This document shows, in pieces, positions 31,127 to 40,833 of a stretch of 54,341 nt of DNA. Both the position numbers and the translations under genes were made by a program. The stretch's first letter is position 1, and each line of letters begins with the position of its first letter. Source of the stretch: Olleya sp. (GTDB lineage Bacteria > Bacteroidota > Bacteroidia > Flavobacteriales > Flavobacteriaceae). Location of the stretch: the NCBI GenBank assembly GCA_023300575.1, contig JALZUT010000081.1:1-54341 (forward strand), written 5' to 3'. The notes beneath the pieces are model-generated. The model saw nothing but the letters and a program-made list of their open reading frames with translations, searched no databases and was not told where the DNA came from.

Positions 31127-32080
31127 TTAAAATAAGCTTTTTATAATCTGCTCTATAGTAACGCCTTCTGCTTCTGCTTTGTAGTTTTTAATCATTCTAT
31201 GACGTAAAATACTGGTTGATACAGCTTGTACATTTTCTATATCTGGAGAAAACTTACCGTTTATAGCTGCATGTGTTTTTGCTGCTAAGATTAGGTTTTG
31301 TGATGCTCTTGGTCCTGCTCCCCAATCTATGTATTGCTTAATTAAGTCTGAAGCAGCATCACTATTTGGTCTTGTTTTACCGACCATTGTTACTGCATAT
31401 TCAATAACATTATCTGCTACTGGAATACGTCTTATTAATTGTTGGAAATCTATTATTTCTTGAGCCGTAAATAAGCTATTAACTTGTGGTTTAAGATTAG
31501 ATGTTGTTGCTTTTACTACTTGTACTTCTTCTGCAAAAGAAGGATACTCTAAATTAATAGCAAACATAAAACGGTCTAATTGTGCTTCTGGTAAAGGATA
31601 AGTTCCTTCTTGTTCTATTGGGTTTTGTGTGGCTAAAACAAAGTATGGCAAATCAAGTTTGTATTGATGACCTGCAACGGTTACAGAACGTTCTTGCATT
31701 GCTTCTAATAAAGCTGCTTGTGTTTTTGGAGGTGTACGATTAATCTCATCTGCTAAAATAATATTAGCAAATATTGGTCCTTTTATGAATTTAAAATTAC
31801 GATTCTCATCTAAAATTTCGCTTCCTAAAATATCACTTGGCATTAAATCTGGGGTAAACTGAATACGCTTAAAATCCAATCCTAAAGCCTTAGAAATGGT
31901 ATTAACCATTAAGGTTTTAGCTAGTCCAGGAACACCTATTAAAAGTGCATGACCACCAGAAAAAATTGAAATTAAAATTTGATTTACAACATCGTCTTGA
32001 CCAACTATTACTTTGGCTATTTCTTGTTTTAAATCGTTGTATTTGGTTACTAAGTTTTTAATTGCTGCAACGTCAGACAT
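31127..32080 (-). CDS. MoxR-family AAA+ ATPase
   Basis: GVPGLAKT, RIQFTPDLMPSD, ADEINR, ATQNPIEQEGTYPLPEAQLDRF. Confidence 0.95.
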   Translation of the reverse strand: MSDVAAIKNLVTKYNDLKQEIAKVIVGQDDVVNQILISIFSGGHALLIGVPGLAKTLMVNTISKALGLDFKRIQFTPDLMPSDILGSEILDENRNFKFIKGPIFANIILADEINRTPPKTQAALLEAMQERSVTVAGHQYKLDLPYFVLATQNPIEQEGTYPLPEAQLDRFMFAINLEYPSFAEEVQVVKATTSNLKPQVNSLFTAQEIIDFQQLIRRIPVADNVIEYAVTMVGKTRPNSDAASDLIKQYIDWGAGPRASQNLILAAKTHAAINGKFSPDIENVQAVSTSILRHRMIKNYKAEAEGVTIEQIIKSLF

Positions 32081-32086
32081 AAATTT

Positions 32087-33535
32087 TTACTTGTTTTTTA
32101 ACCAATTACTATTAAAATCACAGCTTCTATGTGAAGGACTTATTTTAATATAGGTGTCGTTTATTTTTTCGTTTTGCCACTTATCTATAGCGTTAAAACG
32201 CTTTTCGTTTAAGGCTAATTCTTTAATTTTTAAATAATCTCTAGCATAGTCTGCATCATGATCTTCTATTCTATCTGTTACTGTGACTAATTTAAACTTG
32301 ACATTACCTGTTCTATCTTGATCTGTTAAAACTTCGCTGACGATATTACTTTTTAAATCTTGGATTTGACCATAAAATTCTGGATCCATTTTAGTCAATT
32401 CAAAGTTATAATCTTGAGTTTGTGGATTAATTAATTGTCCGCCTTGAAACTTAGTTTCTTTTTCGTCACTAAACTCTTTAGCTGCTTCAGCAAAAGTTAA
32501 ATCACCATCTACAATACTTTGTCTGATTTTATCAACTTGTTCTTTAGCTTCCATTACTTGTTTTTCAGAAACATCTGGAATTAATAAAATATGCCTAACA
32601 TCATATTCCTGACCTCTTACTTTTTCTAAATAAGCTATATGATAACCATACTCTGATGCAAAAGGTTCAGAAATCTCACCTTCTTCTAAAGAAAATGCAA
32701 CTTCTCTAAACTCCTTAACCATACGTGGTTGACTTCTATTTAAAGTATACAATCCTCCCGTTTTCTTTGACGCTATGTCATCTGTGTATAAGACTGCTCT
32801 TGAAGTAAAACTTTTACCATCTTCTTCAACTTCTTTTTTAAATTGTTTTAGCTTATCTATAACACGTTGATTTTCTTCTTCAGTAACTTTAGGCTCAATA
32901 ATAATTTGTGCTACTTTAAGTTCTGTACCAAATCTTGGACGTTCGTCTTGTGGTATTTTATTAAAAAACTGACGTACTTCTTCTGGTGTAACTTCTAACT
33001 CATCTACAATTTTTCTTTGCATTTCTGATGCTAACTTATTGCTTTTGTTAATTTCAAAAATTTCTGCTCTAAAACTAGCTTCATCTTCCTTTTTATAGAA
33101 TTTTAAAAGCTCATCCATATTACCATTAGTCTGCTGTAAAAACTGCTGTATTTGCTGATCTACATTAGATCTAATTTCGGCATCACTAACTTCTACACTA
33201 TCTTGTATAGCGTGGTGTGCATATAATTTATCTTCTAATAATTTTCCAAATAATTGACAACGTGACACACCTTCTATAGAAGCGCCTTGTGCTTTTAATT
33301 GTAAAATCATCTTATCTACATCACTATCTAATACAATGTAATCTCCTATTACTGCAGCTACAGCATCTATTTTAAGCGATTCTTTTGTTATAGTAGTATC
33401 AGTTACTTTTGTTTCAACCTTATCTTCTATAATTTCTTGTGCAGAAACAGTAAACGCTGTTAGGCATAAAAACGTTATAGTGAGAAGCGTTTTTGTTTTA
33501 ATTGTAAAGTTCAAATTGTTTGTTTTTAATGGCAT
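32087..33535 (-). CDS. SurA-type chaperone / parvulin PPIase
   Basis: IDAVAAVIG SurA N-domain; two parvulin domains (SEYGYHI, VRHIL). Confidence 0.88.
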   Translation of the reverse strand: MPLKTNNLNFTIKTKTLLTITFLCLTAFTVSAQEIIEDKVETKVTDTTITKESLKIDAVAAVIGDYIVLDSDVDKMILQLKAQGASIEGVSRCQLFGKLLEDKLYAHHAIQDSVEVSDAEIRSNVDQQIQQFLQQTNGNMDELLKFYKKEDEASFRAEIFEINKSNKLASEMQRKIVDELEVTPEEVRQFFNKIPQDERPRFGTELKVAQIIIEPKVTEEENQRVIDKLKQFKKEVEEDGKSFTSRAVLYTDDIASKKTGGLYTLNRSQPRMVKEFREVAFSLEEGEISEPFASEYGYHIAYLEKVRGQEYDVRHILLIPDVSEKQVMEAKEQVDKIRQSIVDGDLTFAEAAKEFSDEKETKFQGGQLINPQTQDYNFELTKMDPEFYGQIQDLKSNIVSEVLTDQDRTGNVKFKLVTVTDRIEDHDADYARDYLKIKELALNEKRFNAIDKWQNEKINDTYIKISPSHRSCDFNSNWLKNK

Positions 33536-34349
33536 CTTTTGTTATGTCCTTTTCTAATTGTTTTATTAATTCTAGTTTTCGTTTATTTATAACGATTTGA
33601 TCAATAGTTGGTTTAACATATTCTAATGGTGCTGTACTATTTGTAAGCTTGACATCAACTATTTGCATCAAATATAGTCCTAATGAATCTTTGTGCTGTA
33701 TAAAATTAGTTTTTTTTAACAGTTCTGATTTATTTTCTGGGGTAATTACCGCAATTTTATTTACTACTTGATCAACACGAATCCAAACAGAATCCTTTAA
33801 TGAATATGATTTAAACTGGATAGAAATAGAATCTAACTCTTTCTTATCTGTTCTATCAAAGCGTTTAAATTTTTTCTTTACCTCATCAAAATCTAATCTA
33901 TTAGGATCTATATTAATATATCTGAACTGAATTAAATCTTCGTTTAACTTAAACGCTTCCTTATTAGCCTCATAATATATTGAGGCTTCTTCAGGTGAAA
34001 CTGTTTTTTTTAAATTTTTAGAGACCAAAGCTTCTAAATAAGCTTTGCCATATAAATCACTTTTATATTGTGCTATTAACTTATCAAACTTTTCTAATTT
34101 ATCTTCAGGCAAGTTTATTTGTGCTCCTTGAACCAGTAATTGCTGAGTTGCCCATTTATTAATAAAGTTGTTAGCAAACATAGAGCTATCTTGTACATTT
34201 AAGTCATCTGGCAGTACTTTTTCTAGCTCTACACTATACAAAAACACGTCATTTACTCTTGCAATTACATTTTTATCTTTTACTGGTTTAAAATAACCAC
34301 AAGACGATAATAAACCTAACAAAGCAAGTATGTAAACAGTTTTTTTCAA
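33498..34349 (-). CDS. PPIase-associated foldase-like lipoprotein
   Basis: Lipobox LSSC, VIARVND; between two SurA-type genes; TTG start. Confidence 0.7.
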   Translation of the reverse strand: MKKTVYILALLGLLSSCGYFKPVKDKNVIARVNDVFLYSVELEKVLPDDLNVQDSSMFANNFINKWATQQLLVQGAQINLPEDKLEKFDKLIAQYKSDLYGKAYLEALVSKNLKKTVSPEEASIYYEANKEAFKLNEDLIQFRYINIDPNRLDFDEVKKKFKRFDRTDKKELDSISIQFKSYSLKDSVWIRVDQVVNKIAVITPENKSELLKKTNFIQHKDSLGLYLMQIVDVKLTNSTAPLEYVKPTIDQIVINKRKLELIKQLEKDITKDAIKNKQFELYN

Positions 34350-34350
34350 A

Positions 34351-36318
34351 TTATTGCAATTCTTTTTTAACTTGTTTTAAAGCCTCTTCATTGATAGAGA
34401 CTTTATACTTTTTTGCTAAACTAGCTAACCATTGTTCTTCTGTTTTTTGTTGAAAGTCACTAATTACATTTCCTTTAGCTTCTTCAAATGTTTTTTCTGT
34501 TTTTGATAATACTTCTTTTACTTTAACAACACTATAAGCTTCATTGTGTCTAAATATATTGGACACTCCTATATTCATTTTAAATCCCTTAGGTAAAGTT
34601 TGATGTGAGAGGTCTAAAGTATCTACAATAAAACTAACATTGATTTTATTATCAGAGTTTAATTCACTTTTTATATCCTCTATTGTTTTATTTTTTCCTA
34701 ATAGTTTAGTTGTCTTTTTTATAATACTTTTTGAAGCAGAAGACGCGACAATTGCATCAACACGCTCATTAAAAAAATAGTCTGCTTTATTAGCTAAATA
34801 ATAATCCATTAATCCTACAGAATCTGTTTTGGCTACATTCCAAATTTGAGTTTCCATTAAATCAAAAAGTAACAGACCATCACGATATTCGGTAAGTATT
34901 TGGGCATATTCTTTGTTTTCGTTTTCTAGATTTTCTTCTTGGTATTGTAGTAAAGTACTTTCTAAAAAAGCTTTATAGTTATCTGCTAACAATTTATCAA
35001 ACGGGATTTTGGCTTGACGTCTACGTTGACTTTTAGATAAAAATTCAACAAACTCTTTTTGTCTTATTTGTTTTTTATTTAAAGTAAATAAAATGACTTC
35101 TCCGTTAAAATCTGATGGCACTGTCCATGAGCTTTTAAAAAAATCGTCCGTCAATATAGCTTCTATAGCTTTTAAATTTGGTTGCTTGTCCGAGACATCG
35201 TAACGTGTCAATAATTTCTCGAACCTAGAATTATTAATAACCTTAGAACGCGAGTCTCGTTTTACTTTATCTTTAAGTTCTGCTTCTAATTCTTCAAAAG
35301 GTTTTACTCCTTCTTTACCCAATAATTTTACTATGTGATATCCAAATTCTGATTTAAAGGGTTTACTAACTTGGTTTACCTCTTTTAGTCCAAATGCTTC
35401 TTTTTCAAAAACCTTAGAACTTAATTGACCAGCAGAAAACGTAGTCAGTTCTCCTCCATTAGCACTAGAACTTTTATCTTCAGAAAATTGTTTGGCTAAT
35501 GCTTCAAAATCTTCACCTTGTGTAATACGTTTATGTATTTCGTTAATCCGATCTTGTGCAGATTGATGATTGTACCCTTCATGGTTATCATGACCTAGAT
35601 CTTTTTCATTAAGCATAATGTGAGCAACCGTTACCTCTCCTCTATTCTGGCGCTTATCTTTTACTTGTACAATATGAAAACCAAATTGTGTTCTAAAGGG
35701 TTGAGACCATTGTCCAACCTCTGTATTATAGGCAGCGTTTTCAAAATCATACACCATTTTAAAAGCTGTAAAATAACCTAGCTCTTCAGCAAAAAGTGTG
35801 CGTCCATTATGGATGTCTTTTTTTAAGGCTTCAAAACCTTCAACTATAGCACGTTTACGTAGTTTATCTATTTCTTGTTTTGCTAAAAGCACTTGTTTAT
35901 CACTTACATTTTCATCAATTCTAACTAAGATATGGTTAGCGTCAACTTCAGTTTTCAGCCTATCATAAGCTTCCTTAACCACTTTATCTGTGACTTCATT
36001 ATTGCTTAAATAATTTTTAGATAATTGATTTTTATAGCTACCAAACTCTCTTAAATAAGATGGCTTTTGATCTAAACCGATAACTTTTGCTTCGGTGATT
36101 TTAAGTTTATACTTAACAAATAAGTCTAAGTAGTTATTAATATCTTTTTGCGAGTCATCTTTAACTAAATCTAAATTCTTACTGTAGACACGCTTAAATT
36201 CTGAAGTATAAACAGGTGTGTCGTCAACAGTAAATAAAACGGTTTTGTTTTGTGCGTTTAAAGTTAAACAAGACACAAAAAAAATTAAATTAAAAATAAT
36301 AGATTGTTTCATTTTCAT
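34351..36318 (-). CDS. Periplasmic parvulin-type PPIase (SurA-like)
   Basis: Signal peptide; NHILV, TQFGFHI, AHIML, FEALAKQFSED, SEFGYHI. Confidence 0.88.
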   Translation of the reverse strand: MKMKQSIIFNLIFFVSCLTLNAQNKTVLFTVDDTPVYTSEFKRVYSKNLDLVKDDSQKDINNYLDLFVKYKLKITEAKVIGLDQKPSYLREFGSYKNQLSKNYLSNNEVTDKVVKEAYDRLKTEVDANHILVRIDENVSDKQVLLAKQEIDKLRKRAIVEGFEALKKDIHNGRTLFAEELGYFTAFKMVYDFENAAYNTEVGQWSQPFRTQFGFHIVQVKDKRQNRGEVTVAHIMLNEKDLGHDNHEGYNHQSAQDRINEIHKRITQGEDFEALAKQFSEDKSSSANGGELTTFSAGQLSSKVFEKEAFGLKEVNQVSKPFKSEFGYHIVKLLGKEGVKPFEELEAELKDKVKRDSRSKVINNSRFEKLLTRYDVSDKQPNLKAIEAILTDDFFKSSWTVPSDFNGEVILFTLNKKQIRQKEFVEFLSKSQRRRQAKIPFDKLLADNYKAFLESTLLQYQEENLENENKEYAQILTEYRDGLLLFDLMETQIWNVAKTDSVGLMDYYLANKADYFFNERVDAIVASSASKSIIKKTTKLLGKNKTIEDIKSELNSDNKINVSFIVDTLDLSHQTLPKGFKMNIGVSNIFRHNEAYSVVKVKEVLSKTEKTFEEAKGNVISDFQQKTEEQWLASLAKKYKVSINEEALKQVKKELQ

Positions 36319-36541
36319 AATTAAAAGAGACGTTAAGCAATGACTACAAAAATAGTAATATTACGCTATAATACAAGTGCAATCACAAACGATAAACGTA
36401 AAAACAATTACTATTAGTATTAGACTATAAATTAGTTAGTATTTTTGAATAAAAATACTTTAACGACTATCCTAATAACTTTAGCTATTGTAATTCTACA
36501 GTTTCTATTTTTTTATTAGATTTATTTAAATATTTTTATAA

Positions 36542-36994
36542 ATGAAATATACCACGCAAATAACTATAAATAAACCTTTAGCAGATTGCTTTAGAACACT
36601 AGACAATCATGAAAACAAAAAACATTGGCAAGCGGGTTTGGTTAGTTATGAGCATATTTCTGGAGATCCAGGTACTGTAAATGCAAAAATGAAATTAAAT
36701 TACAATTTTGGCAAACGCAAAATGAGTCTTATCGAAACCATTACGCATAAAGAAAAAAATAAAGCTTATCACTTTAATTTTGATTCTAATGGCATGCATA
36801 ATATACAACAAAACTTTTTTGAAGCTGTAGATAAAAATACGACAAAATGGACTATCAAAAACGAATTTGCACCTACTAATTTTTCTATGCGTTTTATAAC
36901 TATGCTAATGCCAAAAGCATTTAAAAAACAGACCTATAAATACTTAACCAATTTTAAAGCTTTTACTGAAAGCGAAACTTCTTTAGCTAAATAA
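36542..36994 (+). CDS. SRPBCC (START-like) family protein
   Basis: MKYTTQITINKP...W pattern, 150 aa. Confidence 0.75.
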   Translation: MKYTTQITINKPLADCFRTLDNHENKKHWQAGLVSYEHISGDPGTVNAKMKLNYNFGKRKMSLIETITHKEKNKAYHFNFDSNGMHNIQQNFFEAVDKNTTKWTIKNEFAPTNFSMRFITMLMPKAFKKQTYKYLTNFKAFTESETSLAK

Positions 36995-36997
36995 ACG

Positions 36998-37240
36998 ATG
37001 AGACAACTAAAACTAATATGGGATTTTAAAGGTCCTGACGCATTAAAAATTGCAGAACACCACGAAATACATCTTAAAGAATACATTACTATCCAGAAAA
37101 CAGAATTAAACGTTACTGGTTTTGAGCAATTAAGTGACATGCACAGCATTGCGTTTATGGTAGTAAATGAAGTCGAAATGAAACCTATACGTGATGCTTT
37201 AAAACCACATCGTGGACAGGTTTATACTCATAATACATAG
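36998..37240 (+). CDS. Conserved hypothetical protein
   Basis: KLIWDFKGP...HHEIHL...RDALKPHRGQ; 3 bp after the SRPBCC gene. Confidence 0.7.
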   Translation: MRQLKLIWDFKGPDALKIAEHHEIHLKEYITIQKTELNVTGFEQLSDMHSIAFMVVNEVEMKPIRDALKPHRGQVYTHNT

Positions 37241-37297
37241 TTAAAAAAATAAGTTTTAAAATAAATCTGTTTACTTTTGATAAATAATTAATTTATT

Positions 37298-38410
37298 ATG
37301 AAAAAAGCTTTTATTACCTCACTTATAGTTATATCATATTTTACTATTTATGGCTGTAATAAAAATGATGAAGCTACAGAAACAGTAAATATAATTACAA
37401 CAGATATTTCAGTATCATCAGCTGTAAGTACAATTATATGGACAGATAATTCTGATTTAAACCAGCAGTTAAATACTGCATTAGCATATAATTATGGAAC
37501 TGCTTTAGTAAGTCAGACTGAAACAGCATTAGATTTTAATTCTAATATGACGCAAGTTATTGCGACAATAGATTTTAAAACACAATTCCAAAGTTTTTAT
37601 AATGATACAAACCCATCTAACAATACGGTTACTATTAACTTAGTACAAGAGAGTCTAACTACAGAAGGTGTTTTTCTAAAAGCAGATGGACCAGGAAACA
37701 CCTATAATTTAATAACCTCTGTACTTGCTCCAGGAGCTAACCCAATAGAAACGCCAGATTGTAGTCATAATGCTTTTGGAAATCATATTGACGAGGTTTT
37801 TGACAATGACTTAAACACTAACGTATTTAGATTTTATTTACATACAACGCCTGACGATGACCGTTGTATTAATTTTGACAGGCAACGTAATGAAATAAAA
37901 AGCTACAGTCAGTCACCAGATAATTTATTAGGTATAGAAAACGAAACTGTGGTTTATAAATGGAAATTTAAGTTACCAACTGGTTTTCAATCTTCAACAA
38001 ATTTTACACACATACATCAATTAAAATCTGTTGGTGGCGCTTTAGAAAGTATGCCAATTTATACCTTAACTACTAGAAAAGGCACTCCTGATAGAATAGA
38101 ATTACGCTATGCAGAAACAGATAACCAAATTACTTTGTTACAAACAGACTTAGCCCCTTTTTTAGATACTTGGGTAGAAGTAACAGAAACTATTAAATAT
38201 AGTACAAATGGTACTTATGATATAGAAATAAAAACTATAAACGACGGAACTATCTTGTTAACTTACGCTAATCCTTCTATTAATAATTGGCGTCCAAATG
38301 CGGAATTTGTTAGACCTAAATGGGGTATTTACAGAAGTATAATAAATGTGCAAGATCTTAGAGATGAAGAAGTGCTTTTTGATGAATTTAGTATTACAGA
38401 GATTGAGTAG
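37298..38410 (+). CDS. Lipoprotein with polysaccharide-lyase-like beta-jelly-roll domain
   Basis: Lipobox IYGC; RQRNEI, HIHQLK, RPKWGIYR resemble the R-x-E / Q / K-x-G-x-Y motifs of jelly-roll lyases. Confidence 0.65.
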   Translation: MKKAFITSLIVISYFTIYGCNKNDEATETVNIITTDISVSSAVSTIIWTDNSDLNQQLNTALAYNYGTALVSQTETALDFNSNMTQVIATIDFKTQFQSFYNDTNPSNNTVTINLVQESLTTEGVFLKADGPGNTYNLITSVLAPGANPIETPDCSHNAFGNHIDEVFDNDLNTNVFRFYLHTTPDDDRCINFDRQRNEIKSYSQSPDNLLGIENETVVYKWKFKLPTGFQSSTNFTHIHQLKSVGGALESMPIYTLTTRKGTPDRIELRYAETDNQITLLQTDLAPFLDTWVEVTETIKYSTNGTYDIEIKTINDGTILLTYANPSINNWRPNAEFVRPKWGIYRSIINVQDLRDEEVLFDEFSITEIE

Positions 38411-38414
38411 TTGA

Positions 38415-38445
38415 TTTGACTTTGTAAAAAAACCTGCTAACTTCG
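38415..38445 (+). promoter_or_regulatory. Candidate promoter reading into the cassette gene
   Basis: TTTG (38415-38418), 19 nt spacer, TAACTTCG (38438-38445; one mismatch to TAnnTTTG). Confidence 0.5.
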
Positions 38446-38499
38446 AAAACAATGAAACTGCTGATATAAAATATTGAAACGATTTGATATCATCGTAAC

Positions 38500-39165
38500 G
38501 TTGTAGTGCATTTTAGAAATGAAATACAGAACTAATAAATATCTGACTTTAAACGGAAAAATTCACCAAGTGACACTTCCTTATTCCGCTTACGGAGAAT
38601 GGATAGTTTATGAAAATAATGAACCAAAATTTCACGTAAACATTTTAAATTACGAATCAAAAAGTGATTGTTTAGTATTTGTGATTATGAATGAAAGCAA
38701 ATCGGAATTTAAAAACATTTTGACTGACATAAATAATCGATTTAAAAGAAATCTGACGTTATCCTCAAAAACTAATTTCGGAATTAAAATTAACTCAAGA
38801 CTTGTCGAATCTGAATTAGGTTCGTTACCATTTGAATGGATTAAGCATTATACTGAACTGATAAAAGCACCTTGGGAAAAATATCCAGATAAAGACAAAA
38901 ACGATATGTTTTGGAGAATGGGAAAAGGAGAAGATACATTATCGACTTTTGCTAGATATTATAATGTACTTGACAAAAAAGAAAAGAAAGAATTTGAGAA
39001 AAAATTTAAGCCAGATAATGAATGGACTGAATTTTATGAATAGAAAAAAAACCACTACAACACCGTATAAAATAATTGCGGTTTAGTGCTTAATCAAAGG
39101 TCGTTGCGTGTTTGTAATGTCTGAATTTCCTTCTAAAATTCCTAGCATACAAACCCGCAACTATT
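38500..39165 (+). mobile_element. Integron-like gene cassette (core site, ORF, attC-like element degenerate at its 3' end)
   Basis: GTTGTAGTG (38500-38508) is the exact reverse complement of CACTACAAC (39053-39061); imperfect long hairpin 39071-39165. Confidence 0.6.
38519..39043 (+). CDS. Hypothetical cassette-borne protein with C-terminal PW..WRMG.GE motif
   Basis: 174 aa ORF filling the interval between core and inverse-core sites. Confidence 0.75.
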   Translation: MKYRTNKYLTLNGKIHQVTLPYSAYGEWIVYENNEPKFHVNILNYESKSDCLVFVIMNESKSEFKNILTDINNRFKRNLTLSSKTNFGIKINSRLVESELGSLPFEWIKHYTELIKAPWEKYPDKDKNDMFWRMGKGEDTLSTFARYYNVLDKKEKKEFEKKFKPDNEWTEFYE

Positions 39166-39298
39166 CAAGAACTGTATCAAAAAACAATAAAAAATAGACT
39201 TGTTTTTAAACACTAATCTTCTGTTACGCTTCCAACATTTTATTGAAAACATAATACATAAACGTTACATTATTTTTCGAAAGCAAAATTTAAAACAC

Positions 39299-39329
39299 AA
39301 AAAAGCACAACCTAAAAGTTGTGCTTTTT
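39299..39329 (-). terminator. Terminator after guaB (probably bidirectional)
   Basis: AAAAAGCACAAC-CTAAAA-GTTGTGCTTTTT. Confidence 0.85.
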
Positions 39330-39363
39330 AATATTATAAAATTCCTTTCTGAGAAAGAATTAA

Positions 39364-40833
39364 TTACCTAGAATAATTAGGTGCTTCTTTAGTAATAGTT
39401 ACATCGTGTGGATGACTTTCGTTAATTCCTGAAGCAGTAATTTTTACAAATCTCCCTGTTTCTTTTAAAGTAGCCACATCTTTTGCACCACAATATCCCA
39501 TACCTGCACGTAAACCTCCAATAAATTGGTGGATACTTTCAAAAAGTTCTCCTTTATAAGGTACACGACCTACTATACCTTCTGGTACTAATTTTTTAAT
39601 ATCGTCTTCTACATCTTGGAAGTAACGATCTTTACTACCTTCTTTCATGGCTTCTACAGATCCCATTCCACGATAAGATTTAAATTTACGTCCTTCATAA
39701 ATAATAGTTTCGCCTGGACTTTCTTTTGTTCCTGCTAGAAGTGATCCTAACATTACAGTATCTGCTCCTGCTGCGATAGCTTTAGGGATGTCTCCTGTGT
39801 ATCTAATTCCTCCATCTGCAATAACTGGTACTCCACTTCCTTTAATCGCTGCAGCAACTTCTAATACTGCACTAAACTGAGGAAATCCAACTCCTGCAAC
39901 AACACGTGTTGTACAAATAGAACCTGGTCCAATACCAACTTTTACTGCATCTGCACCAGCTTCTACCAAATATTTAGCTGCTTCTGCAGTTGCGATGTTA
40001 CCAACTATAACGTCTAGTTTAGGAAATTTTTGTTTAATTTCTTTTAAAACAGTAACCACACCTTTAGTATGTCCATGTGCAGTATCTATAACCACAGCAT
40101 CTACACCTGCTTTTACTAAAGCTGATGCTCTATCTACTGCATCAGCTGTTACACCAATTGCTGCTGCAACACGTAATCTTCCAAAAGTATCTTTATTAGC
40201 AAATGGCTTTTGAGTGACTTTAGTAATATCTCTAAAGGTGATTAAACCTACAAGTTTTTCACCTTCAACAATTAAAAGTTTTTCAATTTTATTTTCTTGA
40301 AGAATTTTTTCGGCATCTTTTAAAGAGGTTCCAACAGGTGCAACCACTAAATCTTTACTTGTCATTACTTCTACAATCGCGCGATCGTTTTCATGTTCAA
40401 AACGTAAATCACGATTGGTAACGATACCTTTTAGTAAACCAGCTTCATCAATAATTGGGATTCCTCCAATACTATGTTCGCGCATCGCATTTTTAGCATC
40501 TGCAACAACAGCTGTTAATGGTAAGGTTACAGGATCTATAATCATTCCGCTTTCGGCACGCTTTACTTTACGTACTTTAGTCGCTTGTGCCTCTATAGTC
40601 ATGTTTTTATGTAACACACCTATACCGCCTTCTTGAGCCATAGCAATAGCCATTTGGCTTTCTGTAACAGTATCCATAGCAGCTGATACTATTGGTACGT
40701 TAATGGTAATGTTTCGTGTTAATTTTGATTGAATGTTAACTTCTCGTGGAAGAACTTCAGAAAATGCTGGGACTAAAAGTACGTCGTCGTAAGTAAGACC
40801 TTCTCCAACAATTTTGTTTTCGTGTGCTGTCAT
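39364..40833 (-). CDS. guaB: IMP dehydrogenase
   Basis: [21 protein letters not shown] pair, [17 protein letters not shown]; start trimmed to ATG 40833. Confidence 0.98.
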   Translation of the reverse strand: MTAHENKIVGEGLTYDDVLLVPAFSEVLPREVNIQSKLTRNITINVPIVSAAMDTVTESQMAIAMAQEGGIGVLHKNMTIEAQATKVRKVKRAESGMIIDPVTLPLTAVVADAKNAMREHSIGGIPIIDEAGLLKGIVTNRDLRFEHENDRAIVEVMTSKDLVVAPVGTSLKDAEKILQENKIEKLLIVEGEKLVGLITFRDITKVTQKPFANKDTFGRLRVAAAIGVTADAVDRASALVKAGVDAVVIDTAHGHTKGVVTVLKEIKQKFPKLDVIVGNIATAEAAKYLVEAGADAVKVGIGPGSICTTRVVAGVGFPQFSAVLEVAAAIKGSGVPVIADGGIRYTGDIPKAIAAGADTVMLGSLLAGTKESPGETIIYEGRKFKSYRGMGSVEAMKEGSKDRYFQDVEDDIKKLVPEGIVGRVPYKGELFESIHQFIGGLRAGMGYCGAKDVATLKETGRFVKITASGINESHPHDVTITKEAPNYSR

